The notes beneath the pieces are model-generated. The model saw only the letters and a list, made by a program, of their open reading frames with translations, was not told the DNA's origin and made no database searches. 64,000 nucleotides of DNA from Amoeboaphelidium occidentale (Eukaryota), in NCBI GenBank assembly GCA_023515795.1, contig JALGPX010000027.1, positions 1 through 64,000 of the forward strand. The letters run 5' to 3'. Every line of letters begins with the position of its first letter. Positions within the stretch are counted from its first letter, which is position 1. The position numbers were made by a program, and so were the translations under genes. This document shows positions 25,127 through 37,196 of this stretch, one piece after another.

Positions 25127-25328
25127 CACCCTGTAAAGATAATTATTTGATCAAAGTACCAGTTGAGCTCAGCCGTATCCGCTTCTGGATCGAACCCTTG
25201 TGCACACTGATCGAGCAAACAACAGCAGCTGCATCATGTGCTACGAAGCTCTTTTAGTGATCGAGCAAGAAAGATAGGCGTGAAATTGTAGCTAACAGTA
25301 GCCGTGTATTAAAAGTTACCTGAAACAT
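25127..25328 (-). pseudogene. Internally deleted 5' fragment of a kinase-C-like gene
   Basis: 25200-25328 aligns with 20131-20260 and 25127-25197 aligns with ~19882-19952, so ~180 bp is deleted. HEKS is mutated to H*KS. Confidence 0.8.
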
Positions 25329-25589
25329 TTAGAAGATTTGATCAATGAAAAGCCCAATATTTCAAATCCTGTATCTGAAGTATGTGGTATGATACATCTT
25401 CAATGGCTTCATTTGCTTTTAAATACTGGTTATGACACGTTTTTGACGGGAATAGTTTAGCCTGCTACAACAAGAAACAGTTCCGTCTCCCATTTGCGCT
25501 GGATACATTGCCGGAGGAGATCCGCAGATCATCATGTGGCTTTAAACCTTTTTCACAAAAACTTTCTCTCACTTTTCTCAAAATCGATA

Positions 25590-26333
25590 ATGCTCTTCTC
25601 TGCATTTGTTGCCTTTCTCGCTGTCCCTGGAGCTTTCGCGCTTGACTTGAATAACGATAAGGTCGCCAACAAGATTGCTGAAGCCATGATTCGCTTTTCT
25701 GGCGCTAAAAATGGTGAATTGTCTCGCGAGCAATTCTATAATGCTATCAACATGGCTTCTGGTGGTGCATTTGGCTTGAAGGCTGTTGAAATCGACTTCG
25801 AAGAGTTGGACACTGATAAGAGTGGTTCCTTGAACAAGGAAGAAATTGTCGCGTTCTTGCAAACACCTGAAGGTGAAGGCGAAGTTGACATTGAATATTT
25901 GGAGAAACACGTCGATGAAGAAAAGTTGGCAAAGTTTGGTGAAAAGGCATTCAATGAAATGCACAAAGAAGCTTGTGTTGATGGTGAGGCTGCTCAGACT
26001 TTTGAAGAATACAAGAACTGCAAGGAAAGCTGTACTGTTCTTCAATGCAAGAAGGGATTCAACAAGACCAATTTCGCTCAGAAATCTAATAATGAACTTG
26101 AAGAATTGCAGAGAATGCAAACTGGTTTAATTATTGGTTCCGTCCTTTTGATCATCACTGCAGTTGGAAGCGTTTTTGTTACTTTCTGGACTTTTTTGGC
26201 GATGTTTGTTGCTCCTGTTTTCATCCCAGTGTTCTTGATTTCATTGGGAGTTTCATTTTTGGCTATTGTCGGCTCACACTTCATTTTGAAGCAGATCAGC
26301 ATCAATAGTCGTAAAATCCGCGCTTTGGAGTAA
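25590..26333 (+). CDS. Signal-peptide EF-hand protein with two C-terminal TM helices
   Basis: SP MLFSAFVAFLAVPGAFA, canonical EF loop DTDKSGSLNKEE, a Cys cluster and two hydrophobic C-terminal segments. Confidence 0.7.
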   Translation: MLFSAFVAFLAVPGAFALDLNNDKVANKIAEAMIRFSGAKNGELSREQFYNAINMASGGAFGLKAVEIDFEELDTDKSGSLNKEEIVAFLQTPEGEGEVDIEYLEKHVDEEKLAKFGEKAFNEMHKEACVDGEAAQTFEEYKNCKESCTVLQCKKGFNKTNFAQKSNNELEELQRMQTGLIIGSVLLIITAVGSVFVTFWTFLAMFVAPVFIPVFLISLGVSFLAIVGSHFILKQISINSRKIRALE

Positions 26334-26466
26334 GCTGAAAAGACATAAGATAATAAATAATTTTGTCGATGAATATCATTCCTTGAAATGTCATGAAAAT
26401 CGCAGAATGGTGGCGGTGGCGTTGCGTGTTTGTGATTGCTGTTGTTTGAAGTTCAACTCGGAGATC

Positions 26467-29400
26467 ATGTTCAAGTTCAGCCCAAAAGCGCCACCGGTCT
26501 CGGCTGCTGGACCACATCCAAAGAACTCAGCAAAGCAGAGATGGAAGAGGTTGCAGGAATACATACTTCAGAAAAAGTACAAGAACTTCATGACTGAGTA
26601 CCAGAATACTCAAAAGAGAAATGACTCCAGAAAAGCAGGAAGATTAAGAATACCATCTGGATTCTTATTTGATGACGAAGATACTGCTTCTGACAAGTTT
26701 ACTAAAGCTGTATTCTATCAGATCCAAAAATTGAGACTTGAGAATCCTTCAAACACAGTCGAAGAGAGTGATGAGCAGAAGCAATCCAAATCTACGGAGA
26801 AAAAGATTGAATTAGAAAAGGATAAAGAAGCATTTGAGTTTGCTTTGAGATCTATAGTGTATCCTTTACTTGATCATAGAAATCTTGTAAAGTCCTTTGA
26901 GAATGTTGCAGAGGCGAGGTCCAAACCAGATTCAAATCCGAATGAGTATTCGGCGCAGGTCATATCTCACTTGAACAAGTTGATTGGAAACAAGCATGAA
27001 GCTGAAGTAGTTGTTCCTTTAAAAGTATCGCCGTTGGTTTTTGGAGCTTTGAAGGAGAAAATCAAATCATTGCTGCAAAAGCTACAAGAGCAAAATGGCA
27101 GCGACCAGATCTACTTTAAATGCTTATTTCAATTCTTCAATGATGTGATTAAGAAGAGAGCTGGATATGTTATTGCTGCTGGTTCTACTTATGATGATCT
27201 TGTCTCTGTGTTCATGACTTTGGTGTCTACAGAGCTTAAAAGATCAATCAATGATCAAAGCTCAGAAGATGCTTTGAAACCGTACGCCTCTATCAATGAA
27301 GCGATTCTGGCTAGAATGATCCTGTTCTCCGATCTTATAAAAGAATCTGTAGAAGATGCTTGTACCCAAGAAATCGCAAAAAGACAAAAAGAAAAGAATC
27401 CACCGCCAAAGAGATATTTTGGTCTAGGGCACAAGCGTCAAAAGACTCAGCCAGCTGCAAGTATTGATCTTGGAAGAGGTCAAGGAAGAAGTAGATCAAT
27501 TGTAACGGGTAACGTTGGTGTCACTTCATTACAAGCAAACTTGGATGTCTTTCAGAATCTCACGGATAATAATTCTGATATGCCCCAAGATATCGTTATT
27601 ATGACTGAATGGTTAAAGGAGGCATTCTTCTACGGAAGATCATTGCACGAAGAACTTTTGAGAAGAGCTCGTGATTCCAATGAACCTGATGATATTGTTA
27701 CAGATTTTACCAACAGAATCCAACAAATAGAGGCGGACTTGAGAAACGACATCTCATCTCCGACTGTTTTCGAGACTTACGGGGTCTCTGAAAAGAACTT
27801 TACGCAATTGAATCCTGCTCTTTATTTGTACTGGAGAAAGAGAGAACGCCAAGAATTGCTGAAATTCAAGAGCAGAGCTATAAAACTGTATTGCAACGAG
27901 AATTTTGATAATGATGATCAAGATGTTGATAATGGCAATATTAAAAAGGTCTCGAATGATAATACCTCCATTTTGTCATCAAGTGAAGATATTTCAAAAA
28001 AGAAGAAGTGGTTCAATCTCAAGAAAGAAGTTGGAGAATCAGTTAAACTTCGTATAAGGATAATTGAAGCTAAAGGTCTTGCTGGAAAGGATGAAGGCGG
28101 GACAAGTGATCCTTATTGCGTCTTGGAGCATGGATCAAAGCAAAGATACGAAACTAATGTTGTCTCCAAGACAGTTTTCCCTCTTTGGGACCAGGAAGTT
28201 GTAATTGAAACGAAAACTACCTCTTCAAAGCCCATCAAAGTTACTGTTTGGGATAAGGACGAGGAGGAAAAACTAAGCTCGCCGTTGTCGGTAAAATTTT
28301 GGAAAGATGAAGCAGATGATTTTCTGGGTCAGCTTGTTCTATCTGTTCCAGAAGTTTTGAAGGATCTCAAAGAAGCGAGCGGTAAAAGGATTGACAAATG
28401 GTTTGTCCTTCAACGTCGAAGTAAGCGCAGTCACATAAGTGGTGAAATTAGACTTGCGATTGAAGAAGAAACAGAAAATAACGAGCAGAAAAATGAAACC
28501 GAGTCGGTCCCCGAGAGCCAAGAAGTTAAAGTGGTTATCAAGGAAAACGTCAGAACTCTTTCTGAGTTCACTTCTCATCGCGAACTTTATCGTTACTTGT
28601 TGGAAAAGCTTTTGACTTTTGACAGTATGAATACGGTTGGAGAAGACGGAGAAGGTAGTCTTAGTCTAGCAAGTAGAAGCATTTTGGACGAATTGGGTGA
28701 AAGATGGAGATTAAGCAAAGTTTGGCGTGAGCTCTGTTATTTTGAGATTATGTCGAAAAGGTACATGCATCCAACATCAACGAACTTGAAAGAAGATGCA
28801 AGTTTCTTCAACTCTTACGCAGCGACATCAATTGATACATTGGCCAGAGTTTACAAGAAATTAGACCAGATATTTTTCGAGGCTAGAGACTGCGGAAAGA
28901 GTATTGTTCTGATTTCAGATACAAAGATTGAGTATGCACAGGATGGAACGAAAATGGTGACTCCGCCAGTGCTGCAGGGACAAGGAGAGTACATTGCAAC
29001 TTGTGAAGATATCAATACTTATGATAAACTTCTGAAAGAGATAACAGAGTATCAAAAGTGGCAGATTCAAAGATACAAGGATTGCTTTCCATGTGACACA
29101 CCAAAAGGATCTTTGACAAGCACTCTTTCTATGTTGCATACAATTTTTGATAATGAGAAGTCAACTTCAACTAAGAAGAGCTCTGACTCGGGCTTGAACA
29201 TTCCTGATGAGAGCGCTTCCGCAACAAAATTTGTTGATGTTGTGGAAGATCTTATCAAGACAGGCGCTCTTGAAAGATTTCAAAGACTTTCAGAAATGGC
29301 TATGCCTTCTGTACATAATCCAGCAAAAAGACTTGTTCAGTTAGCATCTTTGATAATGGAAGAAATGGATAGTGATAAGATTTACTTTCAGGGAGCTTTT

Positions 29401-31691
29401 GCTGCTGATGCTGACATTCTTGCTATTGTTTCTTCAGTGTACTTCAAGTACTTTATTCTTGAAATCCAGGTTCTAGTTGCTGATATGTTACCATCCAAAT
29501 CTAGACCAGTTGTTCAAACACCTCCTGAACTGTTTGATTTGTATTATCGTGTTCAAGATATGCAAGAACGCTATGTTTCGTACTTGGAGAAAACTCCTGC
29601 TGGAAGAATAGTAAAAGCTGAATTCTCCTTGCATACTTGGTTTTCACCTTGTATACACAATTGGTTACTGAATAGTTCTGATAAACTTTTGAGCTGGGTT
29701 GATAATGCTATAGATGCAGATAAACTGGAACCAATTGACAAACATAGTGGTGTATTACATTCATCAAGTGTTCTTGACTTGTTTTCATATCTGAACCAAA
29801 TGTATGAGTTTTTGAACAAGTTGAATTGGAAGGAAGCAGGAGGATTAAGATTTAACAGTCTTACAGAAGTGGAGCTGGCAAATGAAAGAGACTCCAGAGA
29901 ATTCCATTGGTGTTTATTCTTGACTCGTTTCTCTAGAACAGTACAATATTGTTTGGCAAAGTACTGCGATATCATTTCTAAGCGCATTAGTGATGATAAA
30001 ATCAAGTATGAAAAGGAAGTTTTGAAATCAAAAAACTTCACTCTTGATGAAGCATTGGGAATTGGTAAAACCAAAGACAAACTAGCAAAATCAGCTCAAC
30101 ATTTGGTTGCACAAAAAGAATGGATTTCCTCGGGACACCATACGGAGAATGTTTGTACTCAAGTGAACAATATCGAAGCTTGTCGTGTTCAGTTGAATGA
30201 ATTGTATGACAAAATAGGAGTTGATAATATTCAAGAGTTCGTAGAGAAGTATAGACAGCAGAATGCAATGCTGTTAAAAAAGAGTCAACAAAAGCTGAAT
30301 GAAATCAAGAATAGTCGCTTGATGGATGGTTGTTTGACTATTTCCATTGTATCAGCTGAAAATTTGGTTGCTCTGGATTCTAATGGTGCTTCAGATCCAT
30401 ACTGTGTTGTCTATGTTTCTGAGAACAAAACGGAGCTAAAAGGAGGCTCTGCGTGGACTTCAATGAATCCATGGAAATCACAAACTGAAACAGAAAACTT
30501 GCGTCAACTAGCAAAGACCAGAATAATCTCTGAAACACTGAACCCAAAGTAAGCATTTCGTAGTTGTTGTTCTAAATGCTTTGTAGATGGGATGAAACTT
30601 TTACAGCGATTTTGACAAATGCTGAAGAATTAAACATTGCAGTTTATGATTATGATGTACTTTCTCGTGATGATGTTTGTGGAACATGTTCAATATCTCT
30701 AGAGAAATTGAGTCAACTGCTGCAGGATGGTTTAACACACGAGATTTGGCTCGATTTGAAACCACAAGGAAAACTATGTTTAAGGTTACAATTAGAAAAA
30801 TCTTATGCAAAATTGAATTCTTCTGATATGGCAGATATTGATTATTATTTCAGAAAGAGTCTACGTGAATTGAAACGTTGTTCTAGTGATTTAACTGATT
30901 TACTATCAGAATCAATGACAAGGACAATGACTAGAGAATTAGTCAAGATTCTAAAAGAAGCAGAAAAGACAGGAAAGCAAGGCCTTGGAGAACAAGAACA
31001 TTTCAGTATAATGAAAGTCTTCAATAACAATAACAATAACAACAACAAGAATAAGTCTCTACAAAACGAACATCATCATCACTTGAGAGAATCTTTGGTG
31101 CAAGAACATGAAGTAGCAAATGCAGTACAGAACCTTACAGAATACTTAAATGATACTCTATCTATTCTATCATCTAATCTGTATCCTCGTCTCTCCAAAG
31201 ATCTATTCAAAAAAGTCTGGAATCAATTATTGACAATTGTAGATAATTTACTACTACCATCCTTGTATGGCGACCAAGCAATAATCACAGTACTGAATCG
31301 TACCCGTCCTCTAACTGAACGCCAAATCGAAATGACTGCTTCTGTTGTACAAGTCTTGAAACTATTCTTTTACGCTGATGGCAGTCCTTTAGGTCTACCA
31401 TTACAAACTCTAGAAACACAAATGTATATGGATGTAAAAACACTAATGGAACTCTATTGGCTGGATTTGAATGATTTACTGAAAATGTACCCAGCAGTGC
31501 TACAAGACTATCAATCACGAAAGAAGGAATCTGAACATTCTACAATGAATCCAGACTATCTTCTGCGTCTAATAAGACTCAGAATGAACGAAACTAATAA
31601 CACTATCACTGCAAAAAGCTTCTTCTTGAAACAAATGCAAGAACGAGAGCAAAGACTAAGATGGAATCCGGAATTGAATGGTGGTGGGTGA
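26467..31691 (+). CDS. Munc13/BAIAP3-like C2-MUN(MHD1/MHD2)-C2 protein
   Basis: Two C2 domains (EAKGLAGKDEGGTSDPYC; SAENLVALDSNGASDPYC) and MHD-type motifs HSSSVLDLF and NNIEACRVQL. Intron 30549-30586 joins LNPK|WDETF. The start codon is uncertain. Confidence 0.85.
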
Positions 31692-31754
31692 ATAGAGAGA
31701 TTTTCGTTTTTTTTTCACAATCAATCAATCAATCAGTCAACACGGAACACTGAA

Positions 31755-32312
31755 ATGGATCCAATACCTCCAGATTTTCTACAATTACTTTTATCGTGTA
31801 ATAACAATAATAAAGACCTCCACTTCAAGTTGACTCTATTGAATACAACCATAAAAGAATTCAAAGATAAAAACACAAAGAAAGCAATACAATTATGTTC
31901 AGAAGTATTGTTGGGATTACAACAAATACAAGGACCTTCTTCCTTCTTCCTAAAAGATTTGATTTCAGTTAGTGGAGTAGAGTTTAATGACGCGAGAATA
32001 TTGTTGGAAGCATCTCTGCATCTTTACATTGCAAAACTTTATTCTTGCAGCAGCAGTAATCCATCATCAAAAGAATCGCATCTATTGCAGTGTCAGCAGC
32101 TGCTGCTACTACTACTACTACGAAAAAGCAATACTACTACTACTACTATTACTACTACTACTACTACTACTACTTCTGAAGAATCTTTATTAAAACAACA
32201 ACAACTTCGTAAAGAACTTCGTAAAGAATGCATTATGGAATTGGCTCAAGTTTATAAACTAAAAGGAAATGAACATTTATACAATCTTACAATGCGCCAA
32301 TTATTACAATAA
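31755..32312 (+). CDS. Hypothetical helical protein with poly-T/L/Q tracts
   Basis: 185-aa ORF with an ATG start, lying between neighbouring genes; no family recognised. Confidence 0.5.
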   Translation: MDPIPPDFLQLLLSCNNNNKDLHFKLTLLNTTIKEFKDKNTKKAIQLCSEVLLGLQQIQGPSSFFLKDLISVSGVEFNDARILLEASLHLYIAKLYSCSSSNPSSKESHLLQCQQLLLLLLLRKSNTTTTTITTTTTTTTSEESLLKQQQLRKELRKECIMELAQVYKLKGNEHLYNLTMRQLLQ

Positions 32313-32425
32313 TACTTGATAATATTTTGAAGAAGAATTGAATTTTAACCTCTTGAATGGTAACTTAGAGTCTAATTGTTGTTTGAAATAAATAACGTAT
32401 TCTCCTCCTGCCACCACTGAATCTC

Positions 32426-32462
<37 letters not shown>

Positions 32463-32982
32463 CGTTAGTTGTTCCAATAACTCTAATATACTCTTTACAT
32501 TCAACAATACACTACTCCCTTCTGTTTCTACACTTATTTGNCTTGAATGGTAACTTAGAGTCTAATTGTTGTTTGAAATAAATAACGTATTCTCCTCCTG
32601 CTACCACTGAATCTCTTGTTGTTGTTGTTGTCGTTAGTTGTTCCAATAACTCTAATATACTCTTTACATTCAACAATACACTACTCCCTTCTGTTTCTAC
32701 ACTTATTTGATACTCTTGACCATCATTAACATATCCTTCTTTATATTTACATTTAAAAACAGTAGCACCAACAAAGGGACAAGTAGCAATTAGTCTAGCA
32801 GCTTGATTGGATTGTAACTGGAGTAATTGTTTTCGAATGTACTCAATAACTACATCTCTTTCAATAGAACTCTCTATAGACCCTGATAATCCTAATCCTG
32901 ATAACCCTAATAATAATTTCCTTCTAATATAATCCTCACATTGTAACAACACCACTCCCATCACTTCTGCTGATTCATCAGA

Positions 32983-33027
<45 letters not shown>

Positions 33028-33320
33028 GAACAATACTTTAAAATCCTTTTGTACATAATAGAAGCGGGAAGTAGAAGTAGAAACCAAATCTTCAAACGAT
33101 TCATTTAAATTCTTAGCAGCAGTTCCAGTTCCAGTTCCAGTTCCAGTTGTTGTCGAATCATAGTAATACTCTCTTTTGTTCTGAAGTGTTTGAACCAATT
33201 GAGATAGAATACTCCTACTTGTTCCTTTACTAACAATTCTTAATTCTTCAACAAAAACCAAATCCAATAATTTCAAGAATTTCAAATCACCAAGAAGGAA
33301 TAGATGATCCTTGTAAGATA

Positions 33321-33353
<33 letters not shown>

Positions 33354-33476
33354 GTTTCTTCTTTTGATTCAAAGGATTGAATACATCTAATGAAACAACA
33401 TTAGAACTAGTCTTTGTAACAATATTCTTCTTTTTAAATAATGAATCCAATTTCATCCTCTTATAATTATTATTAT

Positions 33477-33512
<36 letters not shown>

Positions 33513-33644
33513 GCATAGACTGAGGTATTGAATCATCTTCTTCACTTTCAATCTGTAAATCTTCTTCAGTCTTATTGAGTATATCCCAATTACTCTTAAC
33601 TTCAGTATTAGAAGAAGAAGAAGTAAATGTATTAAACTTCTTTA

Positions 33645-33676
<32 letters not shown>

Positions 33677-33753
33677 GAGGAAGTAGAAGACAATTCTACT
33701 ATTCTTCCTCTTCTTTGAAACAGACTATTACTTCCTTGTAATCTTTGTCTCAA
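32304..33753 (-). CDS. DONSON-like protein (tentative); 3' end duplicated across the N at 32541
   Basis: Motifs SFEDL..RFYYVQKDFKVLF and LIATCPFVGAT..YQISVE resemble DONSON conserved blocks. There are many poly-N/T insertions and the start codon is unclear. Confidence 0.4.
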
Positions 33754-33840
33754 CTAAAATTCAAATTCAAATAAATTTATTATTACAACAACAACAACAA
33801 TAATAATAAAAAACCTTTAATTCTTTTAATGATGATCCAT

Positions 33841-34872
33841 TCATTTTAGAAAAAAAGAAAAGATTGATGAAACTCTTGATGATGATGTTGTTGTTGTTGT
33901 TGTTGTATCTGATGATGATGACTCATCTTCTGTTTTAGTAATAATAACTCCTCCAGCTGCATTAACCCTAATTAAAGAAGTTAAAGAAGAAGATGAGGGT
34001 GGATTCATTAGTTTATCTGAAGTAGACGATGATGACAGAGGAGATGAATTTCTTTCAATTGAAGAAGGATAAACAGGAATTGGTTTCAATATTTCTAATA
34101 ATGATAATAATGGTTGTTGTTGTTGTTGTAGTTGTTGCAACATTTTCTTTACACTCAATAAATCTCTTTCTACTTCTTCTTCTTCTTCATCTTCTTTTGT
34201 TGTAGTAGTAGTATTATTATTACAAAGGAGTAAATCATTCAAATAATCTTCAATTATATTCTTCTTCTTTTCTGTAGTAGTAGAAGTAGTAGTAGAAGTA
34301 GTAGTATTCTCAATAAGGATAAAATCTTGTGGGTTGAAATCAAATTCAGTCTGAGTAAACTTTTCCATCTTTGTAGTTTTAGAGTTATTAGTANCAATTG
34401 AAGAAGGATAAACAGGAATTGGTTTCAATATTTCTAATAATGATAATAATGGTTGTTGTTGTAGTTGTAGTTGTAGTTGTTGTTGTTGCAACATTTTCTT
34501 TACACTCAATAAATCTCTTTCTACTTCTTCTTCTTCTTCTTCTTCTTCTTTTGTTGTAGTAGTAGTATTATTATTACAAAGGAGTAAATCATTCAAATAA
34601 TCTTCAATTATATTCTTCTTCTTTTCTGTAGTACTAGAAGTAGAAGTAGTAGTAGAAGTAGTAGTATTCTCAATAAGGATAAAATCTTGTGGGTTGAAAT
34701 CAAATTCAGTCTGAGTAAACTTTTCCATCTTTGTAGTTTTAGAGTTATTAGTATCATCAGTATCAGTATCAGTATCAGTATCAGTATCAGTATCAGTAGA
34801 AAGAAGAAGTGGAGGTATTATTGAGACTGATTTCTTTGTTATTCGTTCTCTTTTGTTTAGAAATGTTGTCAT
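33841..34872 (-). CDS. Low-complexity hypothetical protein (internal ~340-nt duplication, probably from assembly)
   Basis: Open frame of T/E/Q/S homopolymers; segment 34055-34393 is repeated at 34395-34752 across an N. Confidence 0.45.
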   Translation of the reverse strand: MTTFLNKRERITKKSVSIIPPLLLSTDTDTDTDTDTDTDDTNNSKTTKMEKFTQTEFDFNPQDFILIENTTTSTTTSTSSTTEKKKNIIEDYLNDLLLCNNNTTTTTKEEEEEEEEVERDLLSVKKMLQQQQLQLQLQQQPLLSLLEILKPIPVYPSSIXTNNSKTTKMEKFTQTEFDFNPQDFILIENTTTSTTTSTTTEKKKNIIEDYLNDLLLCNNNTTTTTKEDEEEEEVERDLLSVKKMLQQLQQQQQPLLSLLEILKPIPVYPSSIERNSSPLSSSSTSDKLMNPPSSSSLTSLIRVNAAGGVIITKTEDESSSSDTTTTTTTSSSRVSSIFSFFLK

Positions 34873-34900
34873 TCTTTTTCTTTTTACAGAAATAACAGAA

Positions 34901-35183
34901 ATGATGATTCAAAGAAAAAAGAGAAGATTAAGGAATTTAAAACAAATACTTTTTCCTTCTACTACAACTACTACTACTACTACTACAACTACTACTACTG
35001 ATACTACTACTACTACTGATACTACTACTACTAATTCTAAGAAAGATTATAATTACTCTTTTTCTATTTATACTTTGAATAATACAGAAATTATTNNNNN
35101 NNNNNNNNNNNNNNNTGATTCAAAGAAAAAAGAGAAGATTAAGGAATTTAAAACAAATACTTTTTCCTTCTACTACAACTACA

Positions 35184-35214
<31 letters not shown>

Positions 35215-36880
35215 ATTCTAAGAAAGATTATAATTACTCTTTTTCTATTTATACTTTGAATAATACAGAAATTATTTCTGGTAATATTTTAAGTAATAAA
35301 GAAGAACAAGAATTGGATTTAAAGGATATTAGTAGTAAAGATACTTCATTTATATTAAGGATATACTCTTCTAATTCAAAATTAGGGTTAGGGTTGGGGT
35401 TATTACTGGTGGTGGAATTGTATGTTTACTCTTTTGATGGTTTATCTCTTTATCCTGATGAAAATGAAAATGAAGATGATTTGTTGTCTATTGGATTTGT
35501 GTTTGATGATGGCAAAGTATTGTATAGTAATCATAGTAATTATGATGATGTTGATGATGTTGATACTATTGATACTTCTACTTCTACTACTACTACTACT
35601 ACTACTACTAAATTGTCTTACGCTTTCACTAATGTTTCACAGATTATAAAGAAACAGTCTTTTTTATACTCTATTGATGATTCNGAAAATGAAAATGAAG
35701 ATGATTTGTTGTCTATTGGATTTGTGTTTGATGATGGCAAAGTATTGTATAGTAATCAAAGTAATTATGATGATGTTGATACTATTGATACTATTGATAC
35801 TACTACTACTACTTCTACTTCTACTACTACTTCTAAATTGTCTTACGCTTTCACTAATGTTTCACAGATTATAAAGAAACAGTCTTTTTTATACTCTATT
35901 GATGATTCTATTAGAGAATTAAAGGATTCTATTTGTTCTTTAGAAAAAGATTATGAAATGGTAAAGAGAGTGGAATTGATAAAACAGAGTGTAAATATGT
36001 TGAAAGAGAAGATTAACAAGAGATCTTTATCTTCTTTATCTTCTGTTGTTGTTGCTACTACTACTACTACTGCTACTACTACTAAATTACAACTTTCTAA
36101 CAACAACAACAACAACCTCCCAGTCCTCCCACTCATCAACTCTCTCAAATCTAAAGTAGCTAAATTGGATCTCTNAGATCTTTATCTTCTTCTTCTTCTG
36201 TTGTTGTTGCTACTACTACTGCTACTGCTACTACTACTAAATTACAACTTCCTAACAACAACAACAACAACCTCCCAGTCCTCCCACTCATCAACTCTCT
36301 CAAATCTAAAGTAGCTAAATTGGATCTCTTGAATTCAAGGTTGGATACTTTGGTTTTGGATAATGTTGTTTCTTTGCAGTTTATATATCCTTTATTGCAA
36401 CAAGATTCTAGTTTGTATACAATTAGAGGTTTTACTACTACTTCTACTTCTACTTCTACTTCTACTTATTCTAATAATTCGTCAAATGTTTCTTTTCTCT
36501 ATGTTGCTCATTTGGTTTCATTGATTGCAAAGTATTATTCTATACAATTACCATTTCCAATTCATAATACATCATATCTCTATGATTTCATATTTTCTTT
36601 CAATGCTACAACAACTGCTACTGCTACTACAACAACAACAACTGCTAATACAACTGCTTCATTACAAGAGTTCATTTTGGAGAGTAAAAAGTATTCCTTA
36701 CTTTCAACAACTTCTAATGTGTCGGATCGAGTGCTTTATGGTAGATTATTGTTGAGGAAGGATATTGAGTATCTTTATACACAACTAGGGTTTCCTTTAC
36801 CAGTGGAAAAAGTTGAAGATGATTTGGTGAGGTTAATGTATGAGTTTTACAAGATGTTGTATAAGCAACAGTCTTTTTGA
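34901..36880 (+). CDS. UVRAG/Vps38-like autophagy PI3K complex subunit (broken by assembly duplications)
   Basis: RRLRNLKQI N-terminus, a coiled coil, and VAHLVSLIAKYYSIQLPFPI and YGRLLLRKDIEYL motifs typical of the Atg14/UVRAG C-terminal region. Confidence 0.6.
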
Positions 36881-36937
36881 GATGAGATTTCCTAAAATAG
36901 ATTCTTTTTTTTTGTTTTTTTTTTAGAAAACAAGAAG

Positions 36938-37158
36938 ATGGTTGCTACGATATTATTGTTGTTGATTATTACAGCGCTTGTAGTGTTGGTGCCTGTGGTT
37001 CTGAGGTTTTGGAGTAATGCTGTTTGTAGAGAGTACTTGAGAGTTACAAGTAGATGGCCAGTCATGACTCTAATAGGGACAGTATCAGTGCTATTTCTGT
37101 ATATTGGGACTACAATTACGACAGTGATGATAACTTCTTCTAATAATAATAATAATGA

Positions 37159-37196
<38 letters not shown>

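Noticed and set aside
35382..35399. TTAGGGTTAGGG telomere-like motif
   Set aside because: Lies in frame in the UVRAG-like CDS (LGLGLGL), within a low-complexity island.
32351..36330. Tandem internal domain duplications in the ORF-track proteins
   Set aside because: Each junction is an N; best explained as uncollapsed haplotypes, not real repeats.
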